A stretch of DNA of 55,042 bases from an uncultured Candidatus Saccharibacteria bacterium (GTDB taxonomy: Bacteria; Patescibacteriota; Minisyncoccia; Phycocordibacterales; CAIZIN01), in the NCBI GenBank assembly GCA_964472605.1, contig CAYYLG010000001.1, forward strand, positions 11,119-66,160, in the 5' to 3' direction. This document shows, piece after piece, positions 16,282 through 24,920 of the stretch. The notes under the pieces were generated by a model that was given only the letters and a program-made list of their open reading frames with translations, ran no database searches and was not told the DNA's origin. The position numbers and the translations under genes were made by a program. Each line of letters opens with the position of its first letter. Position 1 is the first letter of the stretch.

Positions 16282-17874
16282 ATGATAAAAGGAAAATCTA
16301 GTTTAGATGGAACTCCAATTGAAAAACTGTCTGATTATAGTAGAAAAAAAATAATAAAAATTTGTGATGATTGTAAAATAGAACTACAAATTTCTTATTG
16401 TGATTTAATTTTATCAAGAAAAAAAAGAAAAAGTGATATTGATAGATGTCATAAATGTGCAATGAAAAATCAAAGTGGAGAAAACAATCCTTCTAAAAAA
16501 CAAAATACTAGAAAAAAAATTAGTGAAAAATTAAAAGGTAAAAGTAAAAGATTTAAAAAAGGTTTTAATCCAAGAATACATACAATCAGAATAAACACAG
16601 CAGGTTATGTACTTGTTCATGATTATAAAAATAACAAAAAAGAATTCGAGCACAAATTAATTATGGAAAAAAATATAAAAAGAAAACTAAAAGGGAAAGA
16701 ACAAATCCATCACATTGATGGTGATAAAAAAAATAATAATATAGAAAACTTACTTTTAGTTAATGATGCTTCAGAGCATATGAAAGTTCATTCTCAAATA
16801 GAAAATTTATTTTTTGAATTATATAAAAAAAATATTGTTTATTTTGATAATGAAAACAAATCGTATAAATTAAATCCTCTTATAGAATTGAGTAGGTTTG
16901 AAGAAAGTCTTGGATTTGAAAATATAGCAATAAAACAAAAAAAGCAAATATGTGTTTCAAGATTAGATGTAAATTTGAAAAGTGAAGTAATAAGGGATGT
17001 CTTTTTAGATGTTCCTATGATGGCTGCAAACATGAGTACGGTAACAAATGCTGAATTCATTATTAAGCTTTCAAAATTAGGTGCAATGGGTGTAATGCAT
17101 CGTGCATGTTCTGATGAAGAAATTTTATCTTCTATAGAAAAAATTTCAAAAGAATGTGAATGGGTTGCAGGCTCTATTGGTGTATCAAACAAAGATATTG
17201 ATTTATTTAAAAATATGATTATTAATGGTTGTAATATCATATTTATAGACATTGCACATGGTTATAGTGAAGCTGTTTTTGATATGGCTAAAAAAATAAA
17301 AAAGTATTCTCCCTTAACCAAAGTTGTTGTTGGAAATACAACAAATATAAATATGCTTTATGAATGTTATGAATTTATTGATGCGATAAAAGTTGGTATA
17401 GCTCAAGGTTTTGCTTGTGAAACAAAAAATACTGCTGGTTGTACTGAAAAACAATTTTCTGCTATTTATAAATTTAAAGAAGTTTCTAAAAAACTAGAAG
17501 TTCCAATTATTTCTGATGGAGGAATCAGAGAACCTTCGGATTTCGTTAAAGCTATTGGGGCTGGAGCGAATTCTATCATGGCGGGAAAAATATTTGCAGA
17601 ATGTCCTGAGAGTGCAGCAGAACTTGGAACAGACAAAAATAATAATCCAATAAAAATTTATGCAGGAATGGCATCACAATATATTCAAGAAGCTTGGAAA
17701 GGCGGTGTTAAAGAAGGAACTTGTACTGAAGGTGGTGTTCGGTATTTGTCACTTGGGTTGCCAATTAATAAAATGCTTGAAAAATACTCTGGTGCATTGA
17801 GATCTGGGATAACTTATGCAGGAGCAAAAGATATTAAATCTTATCAAAATAATGTTGAATTTATTAAAATATAA
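16282..17874 (+). CDS. guaC: fusion protein: N-terminal HNH endonuclease domain + GMP reductase/IMPDH-family TIM barrel
   Basis: Residues ~1-190 carry CxxC...CxxC and HHIDGDKKNNNIENLLLVNDASEHMKVH. Residues ~200-530 are collinear with GuaC from its N-terminus (LGFENIAIK, VPMMAANM, IDIAHGYS, VVGN, catalytic-Cys loop GIAQGFACETK, ISDGGIR, IMAG). Confidence 0.75.
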   Translation: MIKGKSSLDGTPIEKLSDYSRKKIIKICDDCKIELQISYCDLILSRKKRKSDIDRCHKCAMKNQSGENNPSKKQNTRKKISEKLKGKSKRFKKGFNPRIHTIRINTAGYVLVHDYKNNKKEFEHKLIMEKNIKRKLKGKEQIHHIDGDKKNNNIENLLLVNDASEHMKVHSQIENLFFELYKKNIVYFDNENKSYKLNPLIELSRFEESLGFENIAIKQKKQICVSRLDVNLKSEVIRDVFLDVPMMAANMSTVTNAEFIIKLSKLGAMGVMHRACSDEEILSSIEKISKECEWVAGSIGVSNKDIDLFKNMIINGCNIIFIDIAHGYSEAVFDMAKKIKKYSPLTKVVVGNTTNINMLYECYEFIDAIKVGIAQGFACETKNTAGCTEKQFSAIYKFKEVSKKLEVPIISDGGIREPSDFVKAIGAGANSIMAGKIFAECPESAAELGTDKNNNPIKIYAGMASQYIQEAWKGGVKEGTCTEGGVRYLSLGLPINKMLEKYSGALRSGITYAGAKDIKSYQNNVEFIKI

Positions 17875-17903
17875 ATTCATTCTCAAATCTTTTGGTGAAA
17901 GTG

Positions 17904-18668
17904 ATGAGTCAAGGTAAATCAGCCTATTATTCAAATGAAGTTGTTCTAGCTCCGAACAATCAGGTTCTTTTTAGAGGTTCTTCTAAAAAGGTAGATTGGT
18001 ATTTGGACAGGGATCTGGCTGAGATTGTAGAAGAAGGACCACCAAGAACCATTAGACTTCTATTTGAACCTAATGGGCCTGGATCTGGTGAAGACAAATA
18101 TTCTTTGTCTGAAAAAGAATCAAGATGTGTTGTATGTAAGACAGAGGAACAACTAACTCGTCATCATGTTGTTCCTATTTGTTATAGAACACACCTTCCA
18201 GAGGAATATAAGTCATACAATATGCATGATGTTGTTCTTCTTTGTGAAGGTTGTCATACTAGATATGAACATTTTGCAACACAATTAAAAAAAGAATTTG
18301 GAGATATTTATGACGCTCCACTTGAAGGAATTAAATCTGCAACTAGTAGAATTGTTGGTTATTGTAGAACCATACTTAAACATGAAGATAAATTACCAGA
18401 AAATATTAAAAAAGAAATGCTTGATGCTATTAAAGAAGAATTTGGTAATAATGATCTTCAAACGATTCAAGAATGTTCTAAGATTGGTTCAAAAGCCTTA
18501 ATTACTCATGGTGAGCTTGTTGTCTCTAGAATGAATGAAACTCCTCAAGAGTTTGTTGAAATTTGGAGAAAACACTTCATTGAAACAATGAAGCCACAGC
18601 ATCTTCCCAATGGATGGTCTGTAACTCGTAGTATCTATTACAACAAAGAAAGATCAAAAAATGAGTAA
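17904..18668 (+). CDS. HNH-motif protein (254 aa)
   Basis: Motif CVVCKTEEQLTRHHVVP...NMHDVVLLCEGCHTRYEH. Confidence 0.55.
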   Translation: MSQGKSAYYSNEVVLAPNNQVLFRGSSKKVDWYLDRDLAEIVEEGPPRTIRLLFEPNGPGSGEDKYSLSEKESRCVVCKTEEQLTRHHVVPICYRTHLPEEYKSYNMHDVVLLCEGCHTRYEHFATQLKKEFGDIYDAPLEGIKSATSRIVGYCRTILKHEDKLPENIKKEMLDAIKEEFGNNDLQTIQECSKIGSKALITHGELVVSRMNETPQEFVEIWRKHFIETMKPQHLPNGWSVTRSIYYNKERSKNE

Positions 18669-19083
18669 AGATTATATAAAAGCAAAAGAGCTAGGATTAA
18701 CTGATAAAAATCGTTGGGAGGATGGTATTGAACATCATCCAATGAGTGTAAGAGTTGTACGTTTTTTAATGGAACATGATTTCCATGATTATGGTGATCA
18801 TTTTTGTTGGAAGTTTGGAGGCGATGGTGATAATGGTGAAACTCTCGCCTTTCAAATGGATGCTTTTTTTGAAATGCTAGAACAAGAAAAGGATAATAAC
18901 ATGAAATTCTTAGGTAGGATCTTTTCTAAGAAAAAAAGATACATAGTAAAAGATTCTTATGACTCAGTTGTTATTTGGGACACTGTGGAAGATAAAGAAT
19001 ATATTGAAGTTGAAAACTGTTTTCATGGCGGATGGGAAGAAGCAAGAAAAAAAGCACAAAAAATAGCAGATAAAATGAACTGA
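18661..19083 (+). CDS. hypothetical protein (140 aa)
   Basis: Start overlaps the upstream gene; the ORF is uninterrupted. Confidence 0.6.
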   Translation: MSKDYIKAKELGLTDKNRWEDGIEHHPMSVRVVRFLMEHDFHDYGDHFCWKFGGDGDNGETLAFQMDAFFEMLEQEKDNNMKFLGRIFSKKKRYIVKDSYDSVVIWDTVEDKEYIEVENCFHGGWEEARKKAQKIADKMN

Positions 19084-19094
19084 GAGGATTAGAA

Positions 19095-19361
19095 ATGTTT
19101 GGTATTGAGAAGAAAATTAAAGATCTTATAGCTCAAGAAGTATCTAAAGTAATAGATACTCAAATTGAATATAAAATTAGAGAAGTTATTCAAAAAGAAG
19201 TTAAACAAAATTTAAAATTTGAACTTCATGAACTAGAAAAAAATAAGTGGTATATCAGCATTAAATGGAATGGTGATCTACTAGAAAGATTAGAATTGTA
19301 CTCAGTTCTTTTAGATCCAGATGAAATCTGTAAGATAGTGGCAAATAAATTGGCCAAATAA
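19095..19361 (+). CDS. hypothetical protein (88 aa)
   Basis: GAGGA lies upstream of the ATG. Confidence 0.55.
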   Translation: MFGIEKKIKDLIAQEVSKVIDTQIEYKIREVIQKEVKQNLKFELHELEKNKWYISIKWNGDLLERLELYSVLLDPDEICKIVANKLAK

Positions 19362-19390
19362 CTTGACAGCCATCATTAAGTGGATATGAT
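19351..19390 (+). promoter_or_regulatory. promoter, TGGCCAA-N-TTGAC class
   Basis: TGGCCAA 19351-19357, TTGACA 19363-19368, then a 16-nt spacer and TATGAT 19385-19390. Confidence 0.6.
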
Positions 19391-19416
19391 GAGAAAAACA
19401 TCAAAAGGGTAAGGGA

Positions 19417-20187
19417 ATGGATAAGACAACTTTGGGCGATAGAATGAAAAGATATGAGCAAAGTTCTCGTTTCGTTTTAACGAGAAGAATGCCCGTTATT
19501 ATTCGTATTGATGGAAATGCTTTTCATACATATACTAAAGGTTTCAGTCGTCCTTTTGATGATATTATCATTAAGTCAATGGTTGAAGCCGCAAAACAAG
19601 TTTCATTAAAAGTTCAAGGTTTTAAGGCTGCTTATATTCAGTCAGATGAAGCTTCTTTTCTTCTAACTGACTATGACAACATTGATACTGAAGCTTGGTT
19701 TGATTATAATGTTTCTAAAGTTGTTTCAATTTCTGCATCTATTATGACTGCTTATTTTAATGAAACAATTAAAAATAATTTGCAGTCTTATTTTTCTAAT
19801 CATCCTAAATCGAATGATAAAGAATATGAAGAAGTAAAGTCCTATTTTAATAGAAATGCTGGTAAAATAGCATTTTTTGATTCTCGTGTATTTAATATTC
19901 CAAAGGAAGATGTTATTAATTACTTCAAATGGCGTCAGATTGACTGGTTTAGAAATTCTTTATCAATGTATTGTGGAAGTTTTTATTCCAGTAAACAAAT
20001 GCATGGTAAAAATAGGGATGATCAGCATGAAATGTTATATGAAAAAGGTAAAAATTGGACTACGGATTTAGATAGTCAAAAGAAAAACGGAACTTTTTTA
20101 TATAAAAAAGATAGAGAGTTGATCCAAGATTCAGACTACATTGTTGAATTTGATAGTTTTTATGAAAAATTTGAAGGAATAAATTAG
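19417..20187 (+). CDS. Thg1-like protein (tRNA-His guanylyltransferase / 3'-5' polymerase family)
   Basis: Motifs GDRMKRYE, PVIIRIDGNAFHTY and AYIQSDEASFLL. The 256-aa length is full-length for the family. Confidence 0.75.
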   Translation: MDKTTLGDRMKRYEQSSRFVLTRRMPVIIRIDGNAFHTYTKGFSRPFDDIIIKSMVEAAKQVSLKVQGFKAAYIQSDEASFLLTDYDNIDTEAWFDYNVSKVVSISASIMTAYFNETIKNNLQSYFSNHPKSNDKEYEEVKSYFNRNAGKIAFFDSRVFNIPKEDVINYFKWRQIDWFRNSLSMYCGSFYSSKQMHGKNRDDQHEMLYEKGKNWTTDLDSQKKNGTFLYKKDRELIQDSDYIVEFDSFYEKFEGIN

Positions 20188-20192
20188 ACATT

Positions 20193-20237
20193 CTTAGAAT
20201 CTCCAAAGTACAATAGTATTACTTTGGAGGTTCTAAG
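20193..20237 (+). promoter_or_regulatory. RBS-sequestering hairpin upstream of the LAGLIDADG gene
   Basis: CTTAGAATCTCCAAAGT (20193-20209) pairs with ACTTTGGAGGTTCTAAG (20221-20237) over 17 positions with one non-Watson-Crick pair. The 3' arm contains the GGAGG SD and abuts ATG 20238. Confidence 0.6.
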
Positions 20238-21026
20238 ATGAATAAAGATGAAATAAATAAAACGATAGAACTTTATAGTTCTGGTATTGGAACAAACGAA
20301 ATTGCAGAAATATTAGGTTTTCATAGGTCTAGTATTCAATATAACTTAAAAAAACAAGGAATTAAACTAAGGCATAGAAGTCCTGGCAACAAATATAATG
20401 TATTTTATTTTGATAATTACACAGAAGAAAATTGTTATTGGGCAGGATTTATTTATGCTGATGGGAACGTTAGAAAAGATGGTTGCTCAGTAAATATTCA
20501 TCTTTCTTCTGTTGATTTAGAGGCTTTAGAATTTATAGCAAAAGCAACAAAATATAATGGAAATATAGAAAAATGTAAAGATGGTTCTGTCAGAATTTAC
20601 TTTACAGGTAAGTGGTTTCCGAATGCTTTAAAAGAAAATTATGGAATTGGTCCAAATAAATCTAAAGATGGTAGAATTCCAAAAAATTTAGACAAGAAGA
20701 GTTTTAAACATTTCATAAGAGGTCTTTTTGATGGAGATGGTTGCATTACTATTTCAACAGTTCCTACAATAAATTTTACTTTGAATAAAGAAGATTGTTA
20801 CTATCTTTCCAAGTATTTTTATAATAATTTAGATGTTAAATTAAAGCAAAAACATAAATATGCTAAAATAATGGACAAAGGTTCCTATGGTCAGATTCAT
20901 TACAGTGGAAAAAATGCTAAAAAAATATTAGATTGGATGTATTCTGAATCAACAGAAGAAACAAGGCTTAGAAGAAAATATGAATTATACAAAAAGTTAT
21001 GGTTGCAGAGATTGGGCGAGAAATAG
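20238..21026 (+). CDS. LAGLIDADG homing endonuclease with N-terminal HTH
   Basis: Two LAGLIDADG motifs, WAGFIYADGNV and IRGLFDGDGCI. N-terminal HTH GTNEIAEILGFHRSSIQYNLKK. Confidence 0.85.
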   Translation: MNKDEINKTIELYSSGIGTNEIAEILGFHRSSIQYNLKKQGIKLRHRSPGNKYNVFYFDNYTEENCYWAGFIYADGNVRKDGCSVNIHLSSVDLEALEFIAKATKYNGNIEKCKDGSVRIYFTGKWFPNALKENYGIGPNKSKDGRIPKNLDKKSFKHFIRGLFDGDGCITISTVPTINFTLNKEDCYYLSKYFYNNLDVKLKQKHKYAKIMDKGSYGQIHYSGKNAKKILDWMYSESTEETRLRRKYELYKKLWLQRLGEK

Positions 21027-21282
21027 TGTTCAAATGTATTCGAGGGCTTTCTTTTCACAGAAACAATTGCATGGAAAGAAAGTTCCAGATATGCACGAAT
21101 TGCTTTATGGTATTGGAAAAAATTGGGCAACCGATTTGTCTGATCAAAAAAAGAATGGAACTTTCATCATTGGAGATGAAATTAATTGTTCGGTATTACC
21201 GAACTATCAATCAATCTCAGAAGTAATTGATCCCTTGCTGAGGGGAAAAGAGAAAGAAGATGTTACTACAGAAACTTTATGA
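20980..21282 (+). pseudogene. displaced duplicate 3' segment of the Thg1-like gene
   Basis: DWARNSVQMYSRAFFSQKQLHGKKVPDMHELLYGIGKNWATDLSDQKKNGTF parallels residues ~175-230 of ORF 19417 (DWFRNSLSMYCGSFYSSKQMHGKNRDDQHEMLYEKGKNWTTDLDSQKKNGTF). It is in the same reading phase and diverged at the nucleotide level. Confidence 0.7.
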
Positions 21283-21874
21283 AAGAGGGCTTGTTCAGCC
21301 CCCAAAATTTCTTATTAGCAATATTCACTATATGACTATCATGGGTTCTTTAGCCTATGGTGTTTCTAGTGATAATTCAGATTTTGATGTTTATGGTTTT
21401 TGCATTCCTCCAAAGGAATTGATCTTTCCACATATCTCTGGAGAGATTCCAGGTTTTGGAAGGCAAATTCAAAGATTTGAACAGTGGCAACAACATCATA
21501 TTTTTGATCCTTCCGAAAACGCTGGAAAGGGTCGTGAATATGACTTTTCTATTTATGGGATTGTGAAATACTTCCAGCTTTGTATGGAAAACAATCCAAA
21601 CATGATTGACAGTCTTTATACACCCCAAAGGTGTGTACTGCATTCGACTGCTGTGGGTAATCTTGTTAGAGAAAATCGAGATTTATTCTTACATAAAGGT
21701 GCATGGCATAAATTTAAAGGCTATGCATATAGTCAGTTAAATAAAATGAAATCACATAATCGTCAAGGTGCAGATGAAATAAATGATTTTGAAAAAAATC
21801 ACAACATTTCACCAGATACAAGAATAGAAGAAATTGAAGAAGAAATAAAAAGGAGAAAGTTGGATTTGGTTTGA
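21260..21874 (+). CDS. nucleotidyltransferase (RlaP/PF10127-like), N-terminal fragment of a split gene
   Basis: Motif MGSLAYGVSSDNSDFDVYGF (GS...D.D) and KGAWHKFKGYAYSQL. The typical C-terminal half is missing. Confidence 0.65.
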   Translation: MLLQKLYERGLVQPPKFLISNIHYMTIMGSLAYGVSSDNSDFDVYGFCIPPKELIFPHISGEIPGFGRQIQRFEQWQQHHIFDPSENAGKGREYDFSIYGIVKYFQLCMENNPNMIDSLYTPQRCVLHSTAVGNLVRENRDLFLHKGAWHKFKGYAYSQLNKMKSHNRQGADEINDFEKNHNISPDTRIEEIEEEIKRRKLDLV

Positions 21875-21908
21875 ACTGTGTTTTAGATATAAAAGTTGGA
21901 GGTGTAGT

Positions 21909-22652
21909 ATGTCTAAAACAATTGGAAGTAAAAAAAGAATATATAATAAATTTAATCTTTCAAAAGAAATACTTAAAAAAGAATATAAAAAAATTGGTAA
22001 TTGTAAAAAAATAGGAGAAAAATATGGATATTCTGAAACAACAATAAGAAAGTGGATGAGAAAATTCAATATTTCTTTTAGAAAAACTTGGGATAGAGGT
22101 GGACACAATATATTTCCAATTAAAGGAAAACGTTTTGGAAAATTAGTTGTTTTAGAAAAACAAGAAAGAAGAGAGTTTGACAATACGGAAGCAAAATGGA
22201 TTTGTCAATGTGATTGTGGAAATAAAATTATTACAGGAAGTAATAGATTAAGAAAGGGGTTGACTAAAAGTTGTGGATGTTTAAGGTCTGATAGATTGAC
22301 ATATAATTCTGTTGGAGACCTTTCTCATGCATATTGGTCAAGAATAGTTAAAGGTGCAAAAATTAGATCTTTAGATTTTGATATTACACCAGAATACTGT
22401 TGGGATTTATTTGTAAGACAAAATAAAAAATGTGCATTGACAGGAGAAGATATATTTTTATTAAATCCTTATTCATCTCAACAAACAGCATCACTTGATC
22501 GAATTGATTCTTCAAAAGGTTATACAAAGAAAAACATTCAGTGGGTTCACAAAGCAATTAATAGATTAAAAAACAGTTTGTCAGAATCTGAATTAATTGA
22601 TTGGAGTAAAAAAATTCATGAGTTTCAAAACAGTAAAAGATCTAACGGATGA
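21909..22652 (+). CDS. HNH homing endonuclease with N-terminal HTH
   Basis: GGAGG lies upstream of the ATG. Motifs CQCDCGN...SCGC and SLDRIDSSKGYTKKNIQWVHKAINRLKN. Confidence 0.75.
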   Translation: MSKTIGSKKRIYNKFNLSKEILKKEYKKIGNCKKIGEKYGYSETTIRKWMRKFNISFRKTWDRGGHNIFPIKGKRFGKLVVLEKQERREFDNTEAKWICQCDCGNKIITGSNRLRKGLTKSCGCLRSDRLTYNSVGDLSHAYWSRIVKGAKIRSLDFDITPEYCWDLFVRQNKKCALTGEDIFLLNPYSSQQTASLDRIDSSKGYTKKNIQWVHKAINRLKNSLSESELIDWSKKIHEFQNSKRSNG

Positions 22653-23067
22653 AGAGCTTATTCAATATTATAATATTGCAAAAAGATATAAAAGAGCTTT
22701 TGATATTAAATCATTTAAATATGACAGGAAGTTCGCTTATCATGTTGTACGGCTTCTAAACGAAGTTGAACAAATCCTTATTGAAGGTACTCTTGATTTG
22801 GAGAGGAATAGAGAACAACTCAAATCTATTCGTAGAGGAGATTGGACTCTTGAACAGATCACTGAATACTTCGAGAGTAAAGAAAAAACTCTTGAAGATT
22901 TGTATGCAAAGAGTGATTTACCGCATTCTCCAGATGAAGAAAAAATTAAACAACTTCTTTTACAATGTATTGAGATGCATTATGGTAAACTTGATGCAAA
23001 TACTCTAGTAAGAGTTGATGAAGCTTCTCAAAAGCTTAAACGTATTAAAGAAATACTAGAGTCATAA
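22618..23067 (+). CDS. nucleotidyltransferase (RlaP-like), C-terminal fragment of a split gene
   Basis: YDRKFAYHVVRLLNEVEQILIEGTLDLERNREQLKSIRRGDW matches the C-terminal helical half of the family. The start is uncertain (22597 or 22618) and overlaps the end of the HNH gene. Confidence 0.6.
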   Translation: MSFKTVKDLTDEELIQYYNIAKRYKRAFDIKSFKYDRKFAYHVVRLLNEVEQILIEGTLDLERNREQLKSIRRGDWTLEQITEYFESKEKTLEDLYAKSDLPHSPDEEKIKQLLLQCIEMHYGKLDANTLVRVDEASQKLKRIKEILES

Positions 23068-23068
23068 A

Positions 23069-23791
23069 ATGGGTATTAGAGTAAGTAAAAGAATAGGATG
23101 GGGTTTGTGTGATCTTCAAACTGATGAAGATGGTAAAATTATTGATTCAAGAATAAATAAAGAAGGATATATTTTTGATAAGTATGATGAAAGATATTCA
23201 ATAGAAGGCTATTTTCAATTACTTGAAAAAGTATATCAAGATAGTAAAGAAGATCAAAAAAAATTTGATATTATTCTAGACTATTCTATGATGGATGAAA
23301 TGAAGAAAAGTAAAGTGCAATTATATGATTGTATTCGTCATAACTCAGAATTTGGGTTGGCTAATATTCTTCATTTTGTACCTCCTATTCATGTTGGTCG
23401 ATGGACTAGACATGACGATCAAATAGATTATTATGAAGAAACAATTAATCATGAACAACATCCAAGGTTTCAATTATTAAATAGAACAATCTATCCATAT
23501 GATCATTATATAGATATTGAAAGTTTAGATAAAGATGGATTTCCAACAAAAATTCATTTTTGGAATAGACTTCAAATGTTTCAAACTATTTTTGAGAAAG
23601 ATGTAATCAATAATAATGAAATAAAAAAATTAGAAGAAGTTTTTGGATTTGCTACTAGAGAAGAATTCGAACGTCGTATTATTCCAGCGATTCCAAATGG
23701 TTTAATTTTATTTCTTAAATATGCTAAAATTTTTACAGATGATAAATTTATTTTTGATCTTAGACCAATGATTTATGTCTATTGGGGTTGA
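23069..23791 (+). CDS. hypothetical protein (240 aa)
   Basis: TAAAATG junction with the upstream gene; the ORF is uninterrupted. Confidence 0.6.
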   Translation: MGIRVSKRIGWGLCDLQTDEDGKIIDSRINKEGYIFDKYDERYSIEGYFQLLEKVYQDSKEDQKKFDIILDYSMMDEMKKSKVQLYDCIRHNSEFGLANILHFVPPIHVGRWTRHDDQIDYYEETINHEQHPRFQLLNRTIYPYDHYIDIESLDKDGFPTKIHFWNRLQMFQTIFEKDVINNNEIKKLEEVFGFATREEFERRIIPAIPNGLILFLKYAKIFTDDKFIFDLRPMIYVYWG

Positions 23792-23815
23792 AAATAGAAT
23801 GTAGTGTCGTACTAT
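23788..23815 (+). promoter_or_regulatory. possible sigma70-like promoter (no TGGCCAA element)
   Basis: TTGAAA 23788-23793, then a 16-nt spacer and TACTAT 23810-23815. Confidence 0.3.
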
Positions 23816-23846
23816 TATAAAAGTAAATTATTAGATTGGAAGTTAT

Positions 23847-24689
23847 ATGAACGGAAAAGAAGCCTCCGCCATTCGTAAAGGGCGTATTTTAAAACACAAT
23901 CAAAAAGAAAGTCCAAAAATAAGCCAAAAATTTTGGTATGTTTGGTATCGACAGGGTATCTCAACTCGTTCTAATAAAGAAGAACCGAGAATTCTGTTTC
24001 AAACTTGTTGTACAACAAAAGAATCTGCTGAAGAACAAAAGGCCAAGCTGAAAGATTCTGGCCTTTTTAGAGATTGTGAATTAGGTATTTTAAGTTTTGA
24101 TGCAGATATTAGAAATTTTCATTACAGAAAAGAAATAACTTCAAAAGATAAGGCTGGTTTAAAAGTTTTAGAACTTAGAAATTTTATTGTTGCGGATACA
24201 GAAACTACTGGTTTTGCAAAGTGGGATCAAGTTATAGATTTAGCAGCAGTTAAAGTAGTAGATAATAAAATTGTTGATAAGTTTCAAAGATACATTATTC
24301 CTACTTGTAAACTGAAACCAGATTCTATTAAAGTACATGGACTTACACTAGAATTTCTTCAAAAAAATGGTATACCAGCAAAACAAGCTTTTAGTGAATT
24401 TAAAACATTCATTAAAAATGGAGGACCATTTGTTGGTCATAATATTGCCTTTGATAAAAGAATGATAGAAAGTCATTCCAATAAAGTTCGGGTTCCTATT
24501 ATTGTTGATATTGGATTTGATACTCAAAAAATAGCAGAGAAACTTCTTCATTTACCTGATTATAAACTGGCCAATATAGTTGATCTTTTTGATTTAAGAG
24601 GTGAACTTCAAGCTCACAGTGCTTTGGATGATGTTATAGGCACATTCAAAGTAGCAGATATTATGCGTGAGGTATATAAAGGTGCATGA
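23847..24689 (+). CDS. DnaQ-like DEDDh 3'-5' exonuclease with N-terminal extension
   Basis: ExoI VADTETTG, ExoII FVGHNIAFDKRMI, ExoIII HSALDDV. Confidence 0.8.
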   Translation: MNGKEASAIRKGRILKHNQKESPKISQKFWYVWYRQGISTRSNKEEPRILFQTCCTTKESAEEQKAKLKDSGLFRDCELGILSFDADIRNFHYRKEITSKDKAGLKVLELRNFIVADTETTGFAKWDQVIDLAAVKVVDNKIVDKFQRYIIPTCKLKPDSIKVHGLTLEFLQKNGIPAKQAFSEFKTFIKNGGPFVGHNIAFDKRMIESHSNKVRVPIIVDIGFDTQKIAEKLLHLPDYKLANIVDLFDLRGELQAHSALDDVIGTFKVADIMREVYKGA

Positions 24690-24871
24690 ATTGTCCTGAT
24701 AAAATACAAGATTATGGATTACCTATTTTTTATGATATTTATTTGACAGATGGAACAAGTTGTAAGGCTAGATTTGATCCTCACAGAAATGCCTGGATAA
24801 CACAAGGTAAAAATATTAAAATTTCTACTTTGCAGGTAGTTAAGTGGGAGAAATCTGGCCAAGTTACTTGA
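24686..24871 (+). CDS. hypothetical small protein (61 aa), paralog of the next gene
   Basis: ATGA overlap with the upstream gene. GLPIFYDIYLTDGTSCKARF parallels GKPIWYEILLKNGEVRTAF in the next gene. Confidence 0.55.
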   Translation: MNCPDKIQDYGLPIFYDIYLTDGTSCKARFDPHRNAWITQGKNIKISTLQVVKWEKSGQVT

Positions 24872-24895
24872 CTCTAAAATGTAAGCCTCTATAAT
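24856..24895 (+). promoter_or_regulatory. promoter, TGGCCAA-N-TTGAC class (best sigma70 match)
   Basis: TGGCCAA 24856-24862, TTGACT 24868-24873, then a 16-nt spacer and TATAAT 24890-24895. Confidence 0.65.
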
Positions 24896-24920
24896 GTGTC
24901 AAGATCTCTGGAGGCAAACA

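Noticed and set aside
20188-21010. LAGLIDADG gene as part of a group I intron or intein within the Thg1-like gene
   Set aside because: The upstream Thg1-like ORF is complete and ends in its own stop. The endonuclease has its own SD and ATG in a different frame. The downstream Thg1-like segment duplicates sequence already present upstream rather than continuing it. No intron-core elements were seen.
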